Source: Lepidodermella squamata (taxonomy: Eukaryota; Animalia; Gastrotricha). Taken from it: a DNA stretch of 64,000 nucleotides. The position numbers and the translations under genes were made by a program. How positions within the stretch are numbered: the first letter of the stretch is position 1; the number at the start of each line of letters is the position of its first letter. This document shows positions 23,612 to 36,900 of the stretch, piece after piece. The DNA is taken from positions 434,001 through 498,000 of the forward strand of contig JBLDXI010000018.1 of assembly GCA_047495785.1 (NCBI GenBank), written 5' to 3'. Below the pieces are notes generated by a model. The model made no database searches and was not told the DNA's origin. It saw only the letters and a program-made list of their open reading frames with translations.

Positions 23612-26600
23612 TCACTGTTTGCGTGACTTGAACCTCGCCAGCACGGCGTCGACGCCCGTTTTCTTCTGAACCGGCGCCGCCGCCGCCGCCGCCGCCTTGC
23701 TACGCGCCTGCTTGCTACCACTTCGGCGACCAGTTGCAGCCGCCACTGGTTGCTGCTGCTGCTCGTCGTCATCTGATCCTGCTGACGAGACGACGCCGTC
23801 ATCGCCTTCGCCATCGCCATCGCGGTCGTCATCGGCGGGATCGAGCAGCGACGCCGATTGTTCGGCGAGATCCTTGCTGCGTTTCCGCAGTAGTTCGGCC
23901 TTGAGCAGGCGCTTGCGCTTCTCCACCGACAGCCCGCGAACCTTCAACCGCGGCTCCACCACAAATCGATCCGGTTTGCCAAGCTGAAAGCAAGAAAAAC
24001 AATGATATCCAATGACACCAACAAATGAATGCAAGCGTCACTCAAAATAAACGTCAATTTTCAATTGCAATTTTTGTAGAGCGATTATTTTCGCAATAAA
24101 TGAATCAGATCTGTACTATAACTCTACTACATTCTTTGGCGACCCAAATTTCAACATTATTTTACAAAATGTGACAATAAGCTTGTATGTATTCCCAGCT
24201 TCCCGAAGATTCCTAAGCTATCTTAAGCTATCTAGTGTCATCAACAGTCAATAATTAAGACTAACTAAAACACCAATCCAATAGATTCAATGCATTATCA
24301 GCAATAGATAAATTCATATTAAAAGTCAATCCAATTCATATTTTATAGATGCGGGACCATTCGAGGCTGTGATCCCAATCATGCAAAGATGAACCAGAGC
24401 TTGGTCTCCAACGTTGTCAGTAACTTTTCGGTGTATTCCTAGCTTCGAGTTTGAAGGTTCACGAAACCACATGATAGATTCAAAACATGAGACTTTGTTC
24501 CATCCGACAACCAACTATAATGTGACTAAAATGAAGCCGTTACAGCACGTGTAAGGCAAATAGCAAATGAGCCGCTCAAATTTGTTTCGTCCTCGGAATC
24601 CGAATCTGATGCCAAATCACAGCAATCACAATTTACCGTCACAATCACAACAACGACTGTAACGCCGAGTTCAGTGGCACGCACTATCACGGGCACGGGA
24701 AGGTGGTTTGAAATCACTTCGAAGCCTGAAGTATAGAATAAGACAGGAGGGAGGATAGAGCGACGCTTTCATGAATTATCTTGAATTGGACGAGTTGAGT
24801 TGTCACTTTGATCACATTGATGTATTCGTGTCGCCTGTTTCCAGCCGCACTTTTGGTTGTCGGATGTAAGTGCTTTCCCCACATCATGAGATTGCACTAC
24901 ACGGACAGTGTAAGTCTCTTAATTATTCCCTCAAGGCCAAAATTCCAAGCATTAAGAGTCTTAATCGGTTTCAAATGCTATTTTTAGAAGCAGACGTCCA
25001 ATTTTTCGAAACTATCGCCGTCGTCCGAGTTCTATTTAGGTCGAATGCCTGCCCTAAAAATAGCAGCTTCACGTTGAATGGTGCGTGACCAACGTTGAAA
25101 ATCGCTTGAGGGCTTATACACAATGTCTTTGAATTTAATGACTCGACCGTAATTGGCAATGACAGCTTCGAACGTCCGGTAAGCCCAGAATAATCTTAAC
25201 TTGAAGGTTTACGTAACTACTTAAAAGTGAGCAACTATGAATACGCTATACTATGAATCCGGCTAGGCCAAAGTCTCCCATCTCGCTAGTGCAAGGTGAC
25301 GTAGAATACTCATGTTGGGCATAACATTTGGTATTTGTAGCATCTCTAGCCGAATTTCTAGAGAGAGATAAAAAAGTGCACAAAGTGAGGCCAAGTTTCA
25401 TCTCATCGCCAGAAAAAAAGACATTTTTTCTCATTCTTCCGTTTGCTGCAGTCGATGTTCAACTTCTAATCGGCCTCGATACAACGGTGGTACGTCTTGA
25501 TGACGAATAAGCAATCGTGTCTACACAATTGAAACGCTTTCAAAAACGCGGTGGGAGCAACGCATTATGTAGGGCGCAACTCGAACCGTCTTTCATTCGT
25601 AAATATTATAAAATGAAATCATTCAATTCTCTAGCTATACGCGCCGAAACTCAGACTTACCTGTGTGTGCTAACCCGATTGTTCATCGACCTTATAAACC
25701 GGGTCGTCGCCACATCACATTACTGCAATTAACCTATGCTGGTCAGAACGCCGCCTCTCAATCATTCCAATCTACGCCACCTATCTTTAATCACAGCTTG
25801 ATAACCCTTATTACTAATGATAGGTTGTTTTATATTTTAACCTGATACTTAAATAAAACTTGATACAATATGAATAATTGTCTTTTAACAATAACGAGAC
25901 CAGCCTCAAAACATGATTAAAGCTGTCGCACCCGATCGCACGCTTCGACCCGTCACATGTGAATGAAACCTTGGAGGAACTTGGTCGAATTCTTCCGAAG
26001 CCTGATGGTGACACGTATTTGGCCTATTGCATAGATTTGAAGCTGATAATTTCGCCAACCAAATTCTTAAACCGAAATTTGGTACGACATCCTCTCGAAG
26101 GTTAAAAGGGGAAAATCAGCACTTCACACTTCCTTTCCTAACGTTTCAATCAGCCTGCACCGTTTGTAGGTTCAATTTAGGAAAAAGTTACATATAGGTA
26201 TTCCGCGAATTAAAATAAGGCGGTGCTGCTATTCATTGTTCATTTGCCGTGAAAGGCTAGAAAAAATGCAATAGCTGAAACTTACCAGTTTTTTGCGTCT
26301 CTCCTGCTCGCGTTCGATGGCGGACGGGCGGTGGATCTCGAGCACGCGGCTCGGGTCGAGGTCGATGAGCTCGGGCTGGATCTTGTCGAGGAGCTGGCGC
26401 ACCTCGGCTTCGCGCCGCTGCGCCTTCGTCATGAACGGGTTCGCCTCGGTGCCGTCGAAGTTGGGCTCGCCGGCGCCCGGCACCAGCATCGTGCCGACGC
26501 CGCCGTCGAAGCCGTACGCGAGCACGTCCTCGAACGGGCAGAACCGCACGTTGTCGACGGTGCCTCGCAGCGAGTGTCGCAGGTACGGCTTAACAATCGC

Positions 26601-29409
26601 CGATGACGCATCAGCTTGATCTGCCGCCAGGTACGTCTCAGGCTCCATGACGTGGATGGAGGGGCCGAAGGCGGCGGCGAGCAGGCCGCGCTGGCTGAAC
26701 GCGAGACTCGCCGCGCCAGCCGGCAGGCGGTGGGTGGCGAGGCGCTCGCTGGCGTTGCGCAGGTCCCAGATGGCGAGGCGGCGGTCGACGCCCGACGTCG
26801 CCAGGTAGTTGCCGGTCGGGTCGACGGCGAGCGCCTGCACCGGCGTGGTGTGGCACAGCAGCTTGACGATGGGCTCGCGCACGTTCGGCGACCACATCGT
26901 GACGGTGCCGGGCCGGTGGCCGAGCAGCACGATGGCGTTCGCCGGATTCGCGGCCATGACCGAGAGCGGGTGCGGCTCGCGCGTCGCGAACGACGCCACC
27001 AGCTTGCCGACGGACACGTCCAGGTAGGAGAGGAAGCCGGACGCGTGCGCGCCCACCAGCAGGAAGTGGTACGGCAGGAACTCGAGCCGCTCGACCGCGT
27101 CCATCGCGTTCACGCAGTGCAGCTCGATGCCCTGCGAGTCGTAGATGCACAGCCGCCGTTGCGCCACCGCGTACATGCCTACATGCGAATGAATGATTGA
27201 AAGAAAACGCAACAGTTTAATATACACGAACAATCGCCCAATAGGTACTATCTATCATAAAAGATTATTCGAAAAACTGATCGAGAGCTATAAATTTCGA
27301 ACAAATATTCGTTCTTCCTAGAATAAAGGGCGAATATACATTAGAATGGTCAAAAAACCGCATGAAATTTTTTCGACTATTCTTGCGTCATATCCAATAA
27401 AGCTGTCGCACCCAGGCTGATAGCCACCAAAGGATAGCAGCTTTTCGAGCATCTAGCGTTTAGATAGGAGCATACTTTTTTCCCCATCAGATTTAAAAAA
27501 AAAATGCTCGTCAAATCTGTTTCGGTTGGCATGGATCGCCTTGACGCGTAGTAAGGACACCAAAGACAAGGTTAAGACGTCTTTTGAAGAGTCTGATAAA
27601 CAGATTTATACCCCTTGGAGTGCGTAATCTTCATAATAATAACAGGCGTACGCTAACACTAAAATCCGCGGCTAAGACCAAACCCGTGTCACATAAGTGA
27701 ACAAACATAAAAACAGGCGGAAACTGGTCACTTTTACTACATCGAATCACACCACGGTTTCACGATCGGTTTGAGGCAGCGTTGCTTGGTCAAAAGCGGA
27801 AAGGCTGCGTGTGATGTCGGAATCGGTGGCGAAATAATAATAGCGTTCTGCCGAGCAAATGCCCTGTCAACGTGTCCGCTATCGTCGGATCCGGTAAGAG
27901 AAGCAGCGTTCTACAGTCGACTACATAGATCGAACCAGTTTCACTTTTGCTTCAACTTCAACTTAAGCCAAAATTCGAACAAATTCAACATTCAAAACAG
28001 TTCAATACGTTTTGGGTATATTGCCTACAAGTATTGCGAAAATCAAACGCTTCAACCTGTAACTCTTTTATTGCACCTAACTGTTGACTGTCTACAAACT
28101 ATCGATCGATTATACCTAAGCTTATTTGAACAAGGCTGATTTTGATGAAACTGTTTTACCGAATGCTCTGCGCGAATGTGAAAGTTCCATTTTTGCTACA
28201 ATCTGCACTTTTGCTACAAGCATGGTTTCAAACACCCTCGCTCAACTGGATCTGCAAGGGGAAAGTGACTAAAACGACTACCAACTTTGCCAGTCAATTA
28301 GACAGTCTTTTATCTATTTTTCGTCAAGCATCACTCGATCCCGCAAGTTGGGTCCGTTCCTGTAACAGATACCAACCTAGACGTTTCTGTACTACCTAGA
28401 TTGACGACATCCAGCTGTCACTCCTCTAGCTGAGAGATCTTAGAGAAATCAAACTGGGAATCCTTACTAAATAATTCATTAGGCTACCATTATATTTTTT
28501 AATAAATATAGCAAACGACTTATTAAAAATGCATCGCAAGGAATGAACAAAGTGATGGAAGCTCAGAAAACCAAAATAGCTCAAGAATCTGGGTATTTTC
28601 GATTTCATAACTGGTATATGTAATTCCAAACTGGCTAGTTCAAATAGTTTCAACAACTCACTTTCATTGTGAAGGAAAGTAACGTCTCGAACGCGTTCTC
28701 GCACGTGCAGCTCACAGGCGAGCCGTTTCGTCTGCCAGTCCATAACAGCGATGTGACCGCGTTGCCCAGCCAGCGCCATATGCCGGCCGGCTCGAGACAG
28801 CGCCACGCGGTACGGCCCGAACGAGTCCAGCTTCAACTCGAACACCTTCTGCTGCGTCGCGAGGTCGACCTGCTTCATCAACTGCGCCTGCGTCAGCGCA
28901 CTCGCCGCGTCGTCGTTCGCGCCCAGCGCCACGCCGCCCGCCGACTCGGACTGCAGCAACTCGGCGGCGGCGGTGAGGCGCAGCGCCGACGCGTAGCCCG
29001 CCTCTTTCGCCTCGAGTCGCTGTTTCGCGTGCTTCGTCTTCACGCCGTGCTTCGTGTCAACCGGCTCGTCGCGGTAGTACTTGGCCAGCCGCTCCTCCGG
29101 AATCTCCACCGGCACAATCGGCGACAGATCGCGCTTTTTCCGCTCGTACTTTTTCGCCATTCCATCGCTTCGGTTTCTCTTCGCTCCAGATTTTTTTGAC
29201 GGGTCTTTTGCGCGCAGGGCATTCAGGGTCCGCCTACGCTGTTGCTTGTCTTCGGCGGTTTTGCCGACCTGGCCGAGATTCGCCTCGATGACTTCAGCAT
29301 TGGCGGACAAATCCTCAACGACCGGTTTGGGTTTCGCCTGTTCACTGCCGTGCTGCTGCTGCTTCTTGCCAGGCGCGTCCTTGTGGTCGCCGAAATAGCG
29401 ACTCCTCAT
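23612..29409 (-). CDS. WDR46: WD repeat protein 46 (Utp7/BING4), SSU processome; exons 29409-28662, 27178-26286, 23983-23612 (670 aa)
   Basis: FGPYRV...LHNESMYAVAQ...GIELHC...LEFLPYHFLL, RFCPFEDVL, LVPGAGEPNFD..EANPF..QRREAEVRQLLDKIQP (BING4CT). Confidence 0.95.
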
Positions 29410-29837
29410 TCGTTACAACAAAAATAAAACCTAAAATTGGGGAAAAAATCATCATGAAAATAGCTGCTTTCTCGGTAGATGCCCAAGTTTCTAATGAATC
29501 CTAACCTTGAGTCAGCAGTGGCCTTATCAAGATTTGAAAGTATTCCGAATCAACTACTTGTCCGTTTTCGAATTCTGCTTCGATTCAAATATTCTACTAG
29601 ACTGACTACAGCTTTATCAAAGAAATTAACTAGAAACACTGCGTAATGTATCGTTTTATTTATGCAAAGAGTCAAAAAGAGCTTGTCACAAAGCTGTACA
29701 CAAAAACGAGAAAGAGAGAGGGTGGGAGAGCGAGAATTGGCGACCGGCTATTTTTTTCTTTGTTGTTGTTGTTGTTGTTGCTGCTTCAAACACGCATTCA
29801 TCCATATTATAGAATAAAACTAATGGTAATGGTCGAT

Positions 29838-32724
29838 TTAAAACCCGTTGCCGCTGTTGCTGTTCGCGTTCACGTAATCGCTCGCGCTGTTGTCGTCGGC
29901 ATTCATCGGCCCAGAACCCGAGCCGGACCCTCCGCCGGTGTTGCCCCCCGCACCCGTCGATGACGCTGTCGCTCCTGCCGCCGATGCTGGGAATGGATTG
30001 CTCAGCGAAGCGACGACGGCGCCGTGAGCGGCCGTCTGGATTTTCCGCAGCAGGTTCTGTGCCTCGGGCGACTTGGAGTCGTGCACGAGGTTCAGGTGGT
30101 ACATGGCCTCGTTCGGCTGGCCGAGCCCGTAGTAGCACTCGGCCATCAGCTGGTGCACGGCGCCCGACGGCTCCAGCTCCAGCGCCTGGTTCAGCACGTC
30201 CAGCGCCGGCTGGTATCGCTTCATCTCGACTAGAACCTATCCAAGCAAGCAAATTAAATCAGTAACCAACAACAAATTTGGAAAGCACATTATGGCTAGT
30301 TGGGATTGAATTGTTGGCAAACTCTAAGCGAAATGACCAAATTTGAAATAGTGAATTGCCAATTGGTTTCCAAGTTTCCAAGTGTCCCGTGTTGAAACGA
30401 TTTTACTCTCAGTGCGTAGAATATGTTGTGAATCTAGACCTGAATCTCATCCCGATATTAGACTCTTCTGCTAATTTTCTCGCAGTTGAACTCCTCGAAT
30501 AAATGCTTACATTTCACTATTCACTTCAAAATTCAATGTTTCGATAGCGGATATTTGATAGTTTACTAAGAAAAAGAGCAGGCGTGCAGTGTTTTTTAAT
30601 TGATTTTCCAGTATTTTCCCGCTACCCCAGCTTTTCAAAATTATCTCCGCTACTGCCAGCGTCACATTCGGATTTAAACCTATACTTAGGTTCATGAAAC
30701 TGAAAGCTCTAACCGGCTACATCTACCGAGGAGCGTCAAGCCCCGATGTGCTTCTCGCACCTTTTACGGAGGTTCGAAATAGTCGAAGTCTACAATAATT
30801 TCTGTTCCCAGCTTCAATGTTGACCACATGTTAGCCTCAACTAGCCTAACATAGCCACCATTTCTGTGCAGGCCGAATAATCGTCGAAATCATAACATGG
30901 AAACAAACCTGAGCCATGCCGATGCACGCCTCGGGCAGCGACGGTTCGATTTTGAGTGCGCGCGCGTACGCCGCCCGCGCCGCCTCGTTCTGCATGGGCG
31001 TCTGGCGCAGCACGGAGGCGGACAGCAGCTGGAAACGCGGGTCCGAGCGGAATATGTTGGCGTAGTACTGCGTGTGGGACACGGCCTGCTTCTGCGAGCG
31101 CTGCTTCAGCCACAGCGCCACCAGCGAGTCGTGCGCCTCGTAGAAGCCCGGCGCCGTCGCGATCAGCTTCGTCAGCTGCTGCTCCGCGTCGCGCTTCAGG
31201 TCGGCGGCGCGGTGCGCGTTCGCCAGCGCCAGCTTCGCGTGCACGTTCGACTCGTCCAGCTCCACCGCCCGCTTCGCTATCGCAATTATTCCAGACCGCA
31301 CCTGAAATATAGGCACATGTAATTCACTCTTGAAAAGTTGCTATTATTCAGAAACTAGAGCATGAGATTGGCTCTAGTTCCAGCGATAGAAATTGAACTT
31401 TGCCAGCTCAGTATTTTAAATGCTTGCCTTCGGTGGTGCTTCAAATTTTGGATTCTTCGCCAATTTTGAAAAGGCTTCAAGTTCGAATCAATACTTATTC
31501 AATTCATCCAAATACTGAGTGTTTTGGTAATTCCTGGCAACTTTCAGAACTCGGCTTATTGACTCAAAATCTAAAATCTATTAACCAGAATTCTGAATTG
31601 TCGTTTGAACGCAGAAGGCAAAAATGATTTTTGTCTCAAAATCTGCTTTTTGTTTTTTTTAATCCTGAACACTAAAACATCAAAGACATGAAAATTACCT
31701 TCCGTTGTAAAATCGCGGCATACGTGAGTGCGACCCATGTTTGGCACAACTGACCACATCCGTTGGCTTCGAGATTGTAGACGAGATTCGTCAGTTCCGG
31801 CAGCTGTTCCTTCGAGTATAAATAATATGCGTATGAGTCGGTAAAACGCGGATCGGACGGGTATTTCGCATGCAGCCTTTCAAATTGCTTCACAGCCTTC
31901 GCGAAATGCCCGCGCAACAAAACAGCTCTCGCTGTATAGAATCCCAAATGGAAATCGTCATGAATATGCATCTTCTCGGCGACGAAAAAGAACGATTGCA
32001 CGGCCTCCTTTGCATCCTGACTCGATAATGCGTTGAGCCCTTTAACGAATGTTATAATCCAGTCGCATTCCTGAATAACAGCTGATCCCGAGTTTGAAAC
32101 AACTTGTAGTACGTCCGCGAACTTCAACAATTTTTTCGATAGAATGTGTTCGATTAGCACGAAAGACAACGGACATTCTTTTAGCACAGCTTTGTAGCAC
32201 GTCCCAGCCGCTTTTGAATTGCCCTTCTTTTCATAGAGCTTCGCCATTGCTAAAACTATTTTGGCGGAGCGTTGTTTAACATTGATAGATTCAAGTATGG
32301 AAAGAGCTTCGCGAAGCATTTTCAACTGAACATAACATTTGTGTAACCGGTATTTAAATTCGATGTCAACGTGCGTGTCCTGGCCAAGAGATGACGCCGA
32401 AGCCCGGCCACCGCCGGAGGAATTTACTGAATTAGACGACGAAGCACTGATTTTGCTGTGCTGGCTCATCACTTTTTTCATGATTAACGCATTTTCGTAC
32501 ACTTCCTGAGCCCGTTTGTAAAGCTGACGGTTGAAAAAGCAGTCGCCGTATTGAATAAGGAAATTGTAATAACTGCCTAACTGTACGGCCGATAGATCAG
32601 CTGCCAAGTTTTGTGGGTCACTCAGAAAATTGCAGCTTGAATAAATTAGCGACCCGATAACTTCGCAGTCTTCGTACATTTCCTGCGAGAAGACCATGCG
32701 AAAATGCACCAGCAATGAGTTCAT
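29838..32724 (-). CDS. ANAPC7: Anaphase-promoting complex subunit 7 (TPR protein); exons 32724-31699, 31301-30909, 30236-29838 (605 aa)
   Basis: YGDCFF..LYKRA..YENAL, DIEFKYRLHKCY, LESINVKQRSAKIVLAMAKLY, CYKAVLKECPLS resemble the APC7 N-terminus; TPR pattern. Confidence 0.8.
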
Positions 32725-32862
32725 CTTATCTTAAGCTCCTAGAAAACATTCAAAACACACGATTCGTTACTTCAACAGCTTTTTATTGATTTTTTATTTG
32801 TTTCATATTAATACAAGGTAATAACAAAGGTGGAAATAACACAGGTCCATGAAGAAGTCACG

Positions 32863-33297
32863 TTAGCCGGAACAGCCACGGCAACCACAATTAACACATT
32901 CAATAATGCGATCAGCGTCCAGCTTTGTTTTAGGGACACGGCATACACAGTTTGTTCCAAAATTTGTATCACGCGGTTGAATACACCGCAGGCAACACAG
33001 ATTCTCATAGCCTGGCTTTTTCCACTTCGCAATCAGGTTCTGATCAGCAATGCCTTCTTTCATGCAAAACTCGTAAAGTTCCTTACTGATAGCTTTGCGT
33101 TTGTGAAACAAATCAAAGATATAACGGGAACGTTGGTGATGAATGCGGAAAATCGGCCATAAAGCTTCGGCTTTACGCTTGCCCTCGTGCGGTTCGGCTT
33201 CGGCCTCTTTCATTTTCTTGTCAAGCTCATCCAACGTCGGCTCGATCATCTCCCAACCATCCGGAGGCGGCTTCTTGCTTTTCCTGACTTTAACCAT
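32863..33297 (-). CDS. BUD31: Protein BUD31/G10 splicing factor (144 aa, intronless CDS)
   Basis: [13 protein letters not shown]...[14 protein letters not shown]...[12 protein letters not shown]...CGCRGCSG. Confidence 0.98.
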   Translation of the reverse strand: MVKVRKSKKPPPDGWEMIEPTLDELDKKMKEAEAEPHEGKRKAEALWPIFRIHHQRSRYIFDLFHKRKAISKELYEFCMKEGIADQNLIAKWKKPGYENLCCLRCIQPRDTNFGTNCVCRVPKTKLDADRIIECVNCGCRGCSG

Positions 33298-33419
33298 ATT
33301 CTATAAATAGAGAATACAGCTGAGTTCAAAAATCAAGAATCAACTGACAGAGTAAACAGAAGTTAGAGAAGAAAAGCAAATAAAAGTCTGAAATAAAAGT
33401 TATTAACACTGGAAACTGG

Positions 33420-33790
33420 AGCTGGAATATCCGTCACCCGTCAGCGTTTACCGTTAACAAACACAGCGTCAACTAACTCAGACAGGTGCGACGTATGAGT
33501 TACCTGAGCCAGATGATGCGAAGTCGGCAGCCGTTTCCAGAAAATTAAATATGTTTTTATTTTCAATTATAATATTTTTAATTTCTCAGATGGTGGTATT
33601 ATTCATTTAATATAATTATAAAATAAAAAGATAAACATTTTCTCAAAAATCGCGCGACCCACGTGGGTTTTTTGGCGCCAAACGTCCGACCGCGAGATCG
33701 CGAGATGCTCAAAGCCCCGAGGAAGAAACCGCCGTCACGCGGGTCACTTTGAAGACTTTGAAGATTCTAAGATTCTATCGCTGCCTGATT
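33420..33790. promoter_or_regulatory. Putative bidirectional promoter (BUD31 versus hnRNP L) with E-box and E2F-like palindrome
   Basis: Divergent genes ~650 bp apart; CACGTG 33660-33665, TTTGGCGCCAAA 33671-33682. Confidence 0.6.
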
Positions 33791-33953
33791 GTAAATTACT
33801 CCTTTGCGGCAAGATCTCGCAAAATCTGAGCTCGGTCTCATTTTTTATCCTCGTTTGCCAAATTTTTAAATCACACACATTTTCGGTTAATTACTAATCG
33901 CTCAAATTTTTCTAGGATTTTACCTTGGTGTTGAACATGATCAGTCGATAGTT

Positions 33954-36900
33954 ATGCACGATTCATCAAAAAGGCTGCGCTTGTCTGATGTTCGTTTTTT
34001 AATTTTGATGTTTTTAACATGTTCAACTTTGCCGTCTTGTTCAGGACGGTGTGCAGCATAGAGATCGTGATCGAGACAGAGATAGAGACCACCATCAGTC
34101 CGATGGCCACCTTCATTCGCCTTCCCTCGTAGTTCACGTGCGGGGTCTTCCTGATGGCGTGGTTGAAGGTGAGCTCCGCGGTGCCCTTGGCCAGTTCGGC
34201 CACATCGCTGCCGTGCTAATGATACCCAAGAAGCGCCAAGCCTTGGTTGAATTCGAGCAAATGGAATCGGCGATGGATTGCGTCAACTGTTCAGCTGTAA
34301 GTATCAATTCATTAAATTTGCATGCATTGAACCTTTTTCTATGTGTTAGGATCGCCCTGTTCTCATCAGAAATATGCCTGTTTATTTCAATTATTCCACG
34401 AGCGAAAGAATAATTCGGTCACCATTCGAGTAAGTCAATACTATTGTTTATTGGTGCTTTCTAAATCTTCATTGGGTATTCAGGAAGCCTCAGGAAGAGT
34501 CGTCCGAAGTAAACAATGTATTGTTGATTACCGTCACTAATCCAGTCTATCCGATAACATGTGAAGTGATGCATGCAATCACTCACAGTATCGCACAGCC
34601 AGTTCGTTGTGTGATATTCAGGAAGAACGGCGTTCAGTCTATGCTCGAATTCAATACACCGAATGAAGCTACGCGTGTGCGTCAGCAGCTGCAAGGCGCC
34701 GACATCTATTCAGGGTGCTGCACCCTGAAAATCGAATACGCCAAGCCGAAAAAACTCAACGTTTTCAGAAACGACAACGAATCCTCGTGGGATTGGGTCA
34801 CTCCTAACCTCGGTTTGTCTATTAGTCGCTTAATTTCTAGATGAATAGCTCCTATGATGGTTGACTACATCAAATGATCTCTATGATTCCAATTTTTTCT
34901 TGCTGAGACTTATTTTCCATTCTCTTTTAATAAGTTACATTTTGACGTTGGATAATCTGTTTGGTCTTCCAGATTCTGGGATCTCAAGGCATCATAGCGG
35001 TTCTGGGCTGTTGCCCGACCCCACTGTTGGATCGTCGCCACCGTTTCCTGGTGGCTACGGCAATTTCCCCCCGCCCCCTCCTGTCGGAGCTGCTTACGGC
35101 CCCGGCTACGGTTCTGGTCCTCCTCCCGACCACGAACGAGTGCATCGTCGCCCGCACACTTCGCACGGTTACTACCAACCGGCTCCTGGCCCTCCCTCAG
35201 ACGGCTACCATGGATCGGCACCACGAGGTGGAAACGGTAGGAGCGGGTCTTCTAACGACGACCTCGACTACGCGCCGTCTCGGCACAGTCGCAGTCACGG
35301 TCCGCCTATTGGCGACGGCGGCCAAGCGAGGACGTTCTCGCCCGGCTCTCGGCTGCCCATGCAGCCTGGTTGTGTGATTCTTGTTTATGGTCTTGCCGAA
35401 AAGTGGAACTGTGATAAGCTGTTTTCGATCCTCTGCATGTACGCCAACGTTGTTAGGGTAAGCTAATCAGCTAATCTGTTACTCAACCATTTATAAAATG
35501 ATGCTTGACTACATCAAATGAAGATTCTTATGATTCAAATTTTCACTCCCTGATTATTTTATTATATTGGCATGTATTTTCTTTGTGATGCGTGATGCTT
35601 TGTTTAATCAGCTTTTTGTGTAATTTTATTGCTGCAGATTAAGTTTCTCAAGTCGAAAGAAGGTTCAGCAATGGTGCAACTAGCTCAAGTAGAACAGGTC
35701 GAAAACGCAATACAAGCTCTGACTGGAACGCCAGTTTACGGCGGTCGGCTCAATATTCAGTAAGTTATCGTCACGAATCGCCTGAATTTCGATGATGTAA
35801 ATAATTGTTGCTTTCAGCCACTCTCGTCAACTGTACATCGAAGAATTCGGCGGGCGACCAGCCTCGCTCCCCGACCTGACCCCAGCGTACAAAGACTACT
35901 ACAGGCCCCCCTACATCGCTCTTCAACGGTTCTCAACGCCCGAATCTGCAGCTAAAAACCGTTGGTTTTCTCCGAAATTGAAATTGCATTTTCAAAATGA
36001 TGCTTGACTACATCAAATGATCAAATTGATTCAAATTTTTCTTCCTGATTGAATTTATTTCGAAATGTTTACGGGCAAAATTTGAACTATTCTAGAAGTT
36101 GATTGTTAACAATTGCTCTTTGTTGTGTAACAGGGCTGCAGGGTCCGTCGCCGGTGCTGCACTTCTTCAACGCGCCGCCGAACGTGAACGACGAACAGGT
36201 GGTGGCGATGCTGAACGGCTGCGGCTCGCCGCCACCGATCAAAGTCCGGTTGCTGCAAGGAAAAAGTGATCTTCACTTCGCAATCGAAAGAGTAACGGGC
36301 CTCTTCGGGGGCCCGGCGTTATTTTTGCAAATTTTCTAAATTGTTTTCTGTCAATCAGAGAAGATTTTACGCTTTTGACCCGATGTTTGATGTCCCGAAC
36401 GCTAGTGCTGCTTTTCGCTCAAGTTTGGCAAGTTAATTCAATGTTAAATCATGTGAGATGATGATGTGGTTTCAAACTACAAACAATGAACAACAAAACA
36501 CCACCGCAGTGAGGGTTTGCGATTTTTGACACTGTGACCCGGTGCACCATACCGTACCACCAACTGACATACACCTTAAGAAGCGCATTAGGCAGAACAC
36601 CCACCCCCATCACCATTTTTTCGCCCCCACTTTTAAAAGTAGATGAATCGCATCCGACGACGTGATTCGCTGTCTCTCTCTCGCTCTTGACGTGATTTGT
36701 ATTATTTTTCAACTACTACTACTACTACGTTGTTTGTTTGTTTGGAAAAAGAACTGCGCTTGTTTGCCTGACCATTATGCCACGGTAAGAAACATTGTGT
36801 ACTTAATAACTATCGATCTAATATACCTACGTGCCGCCACCCCTATTTCAATCAATTTCTCGTCGTATGTTTTTTTTTTGGCTTTAATTTTTTTCTGCTG

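Noticed and set aside
24300-25900. Possible transposase remnant in WDR46 intron 2 (Cys cluster followed by DSDSEDE)
   Set aside because: Only a vague motif across broken frames; no TIR or TSD found
27500-28420. Possible LINE remnant or nested gene in WDR46 intron 1
   Set aside because: Short ORFs without diagnostic motifs; needs a repeat library search
34045-34050. hnRNP L start codon supplied by a spliced leader ending in AUG
   Set aside because: A genomic first coding exon (33954-33989) with a 55-nt GT-AG intron in the right phase explains the N-terminus
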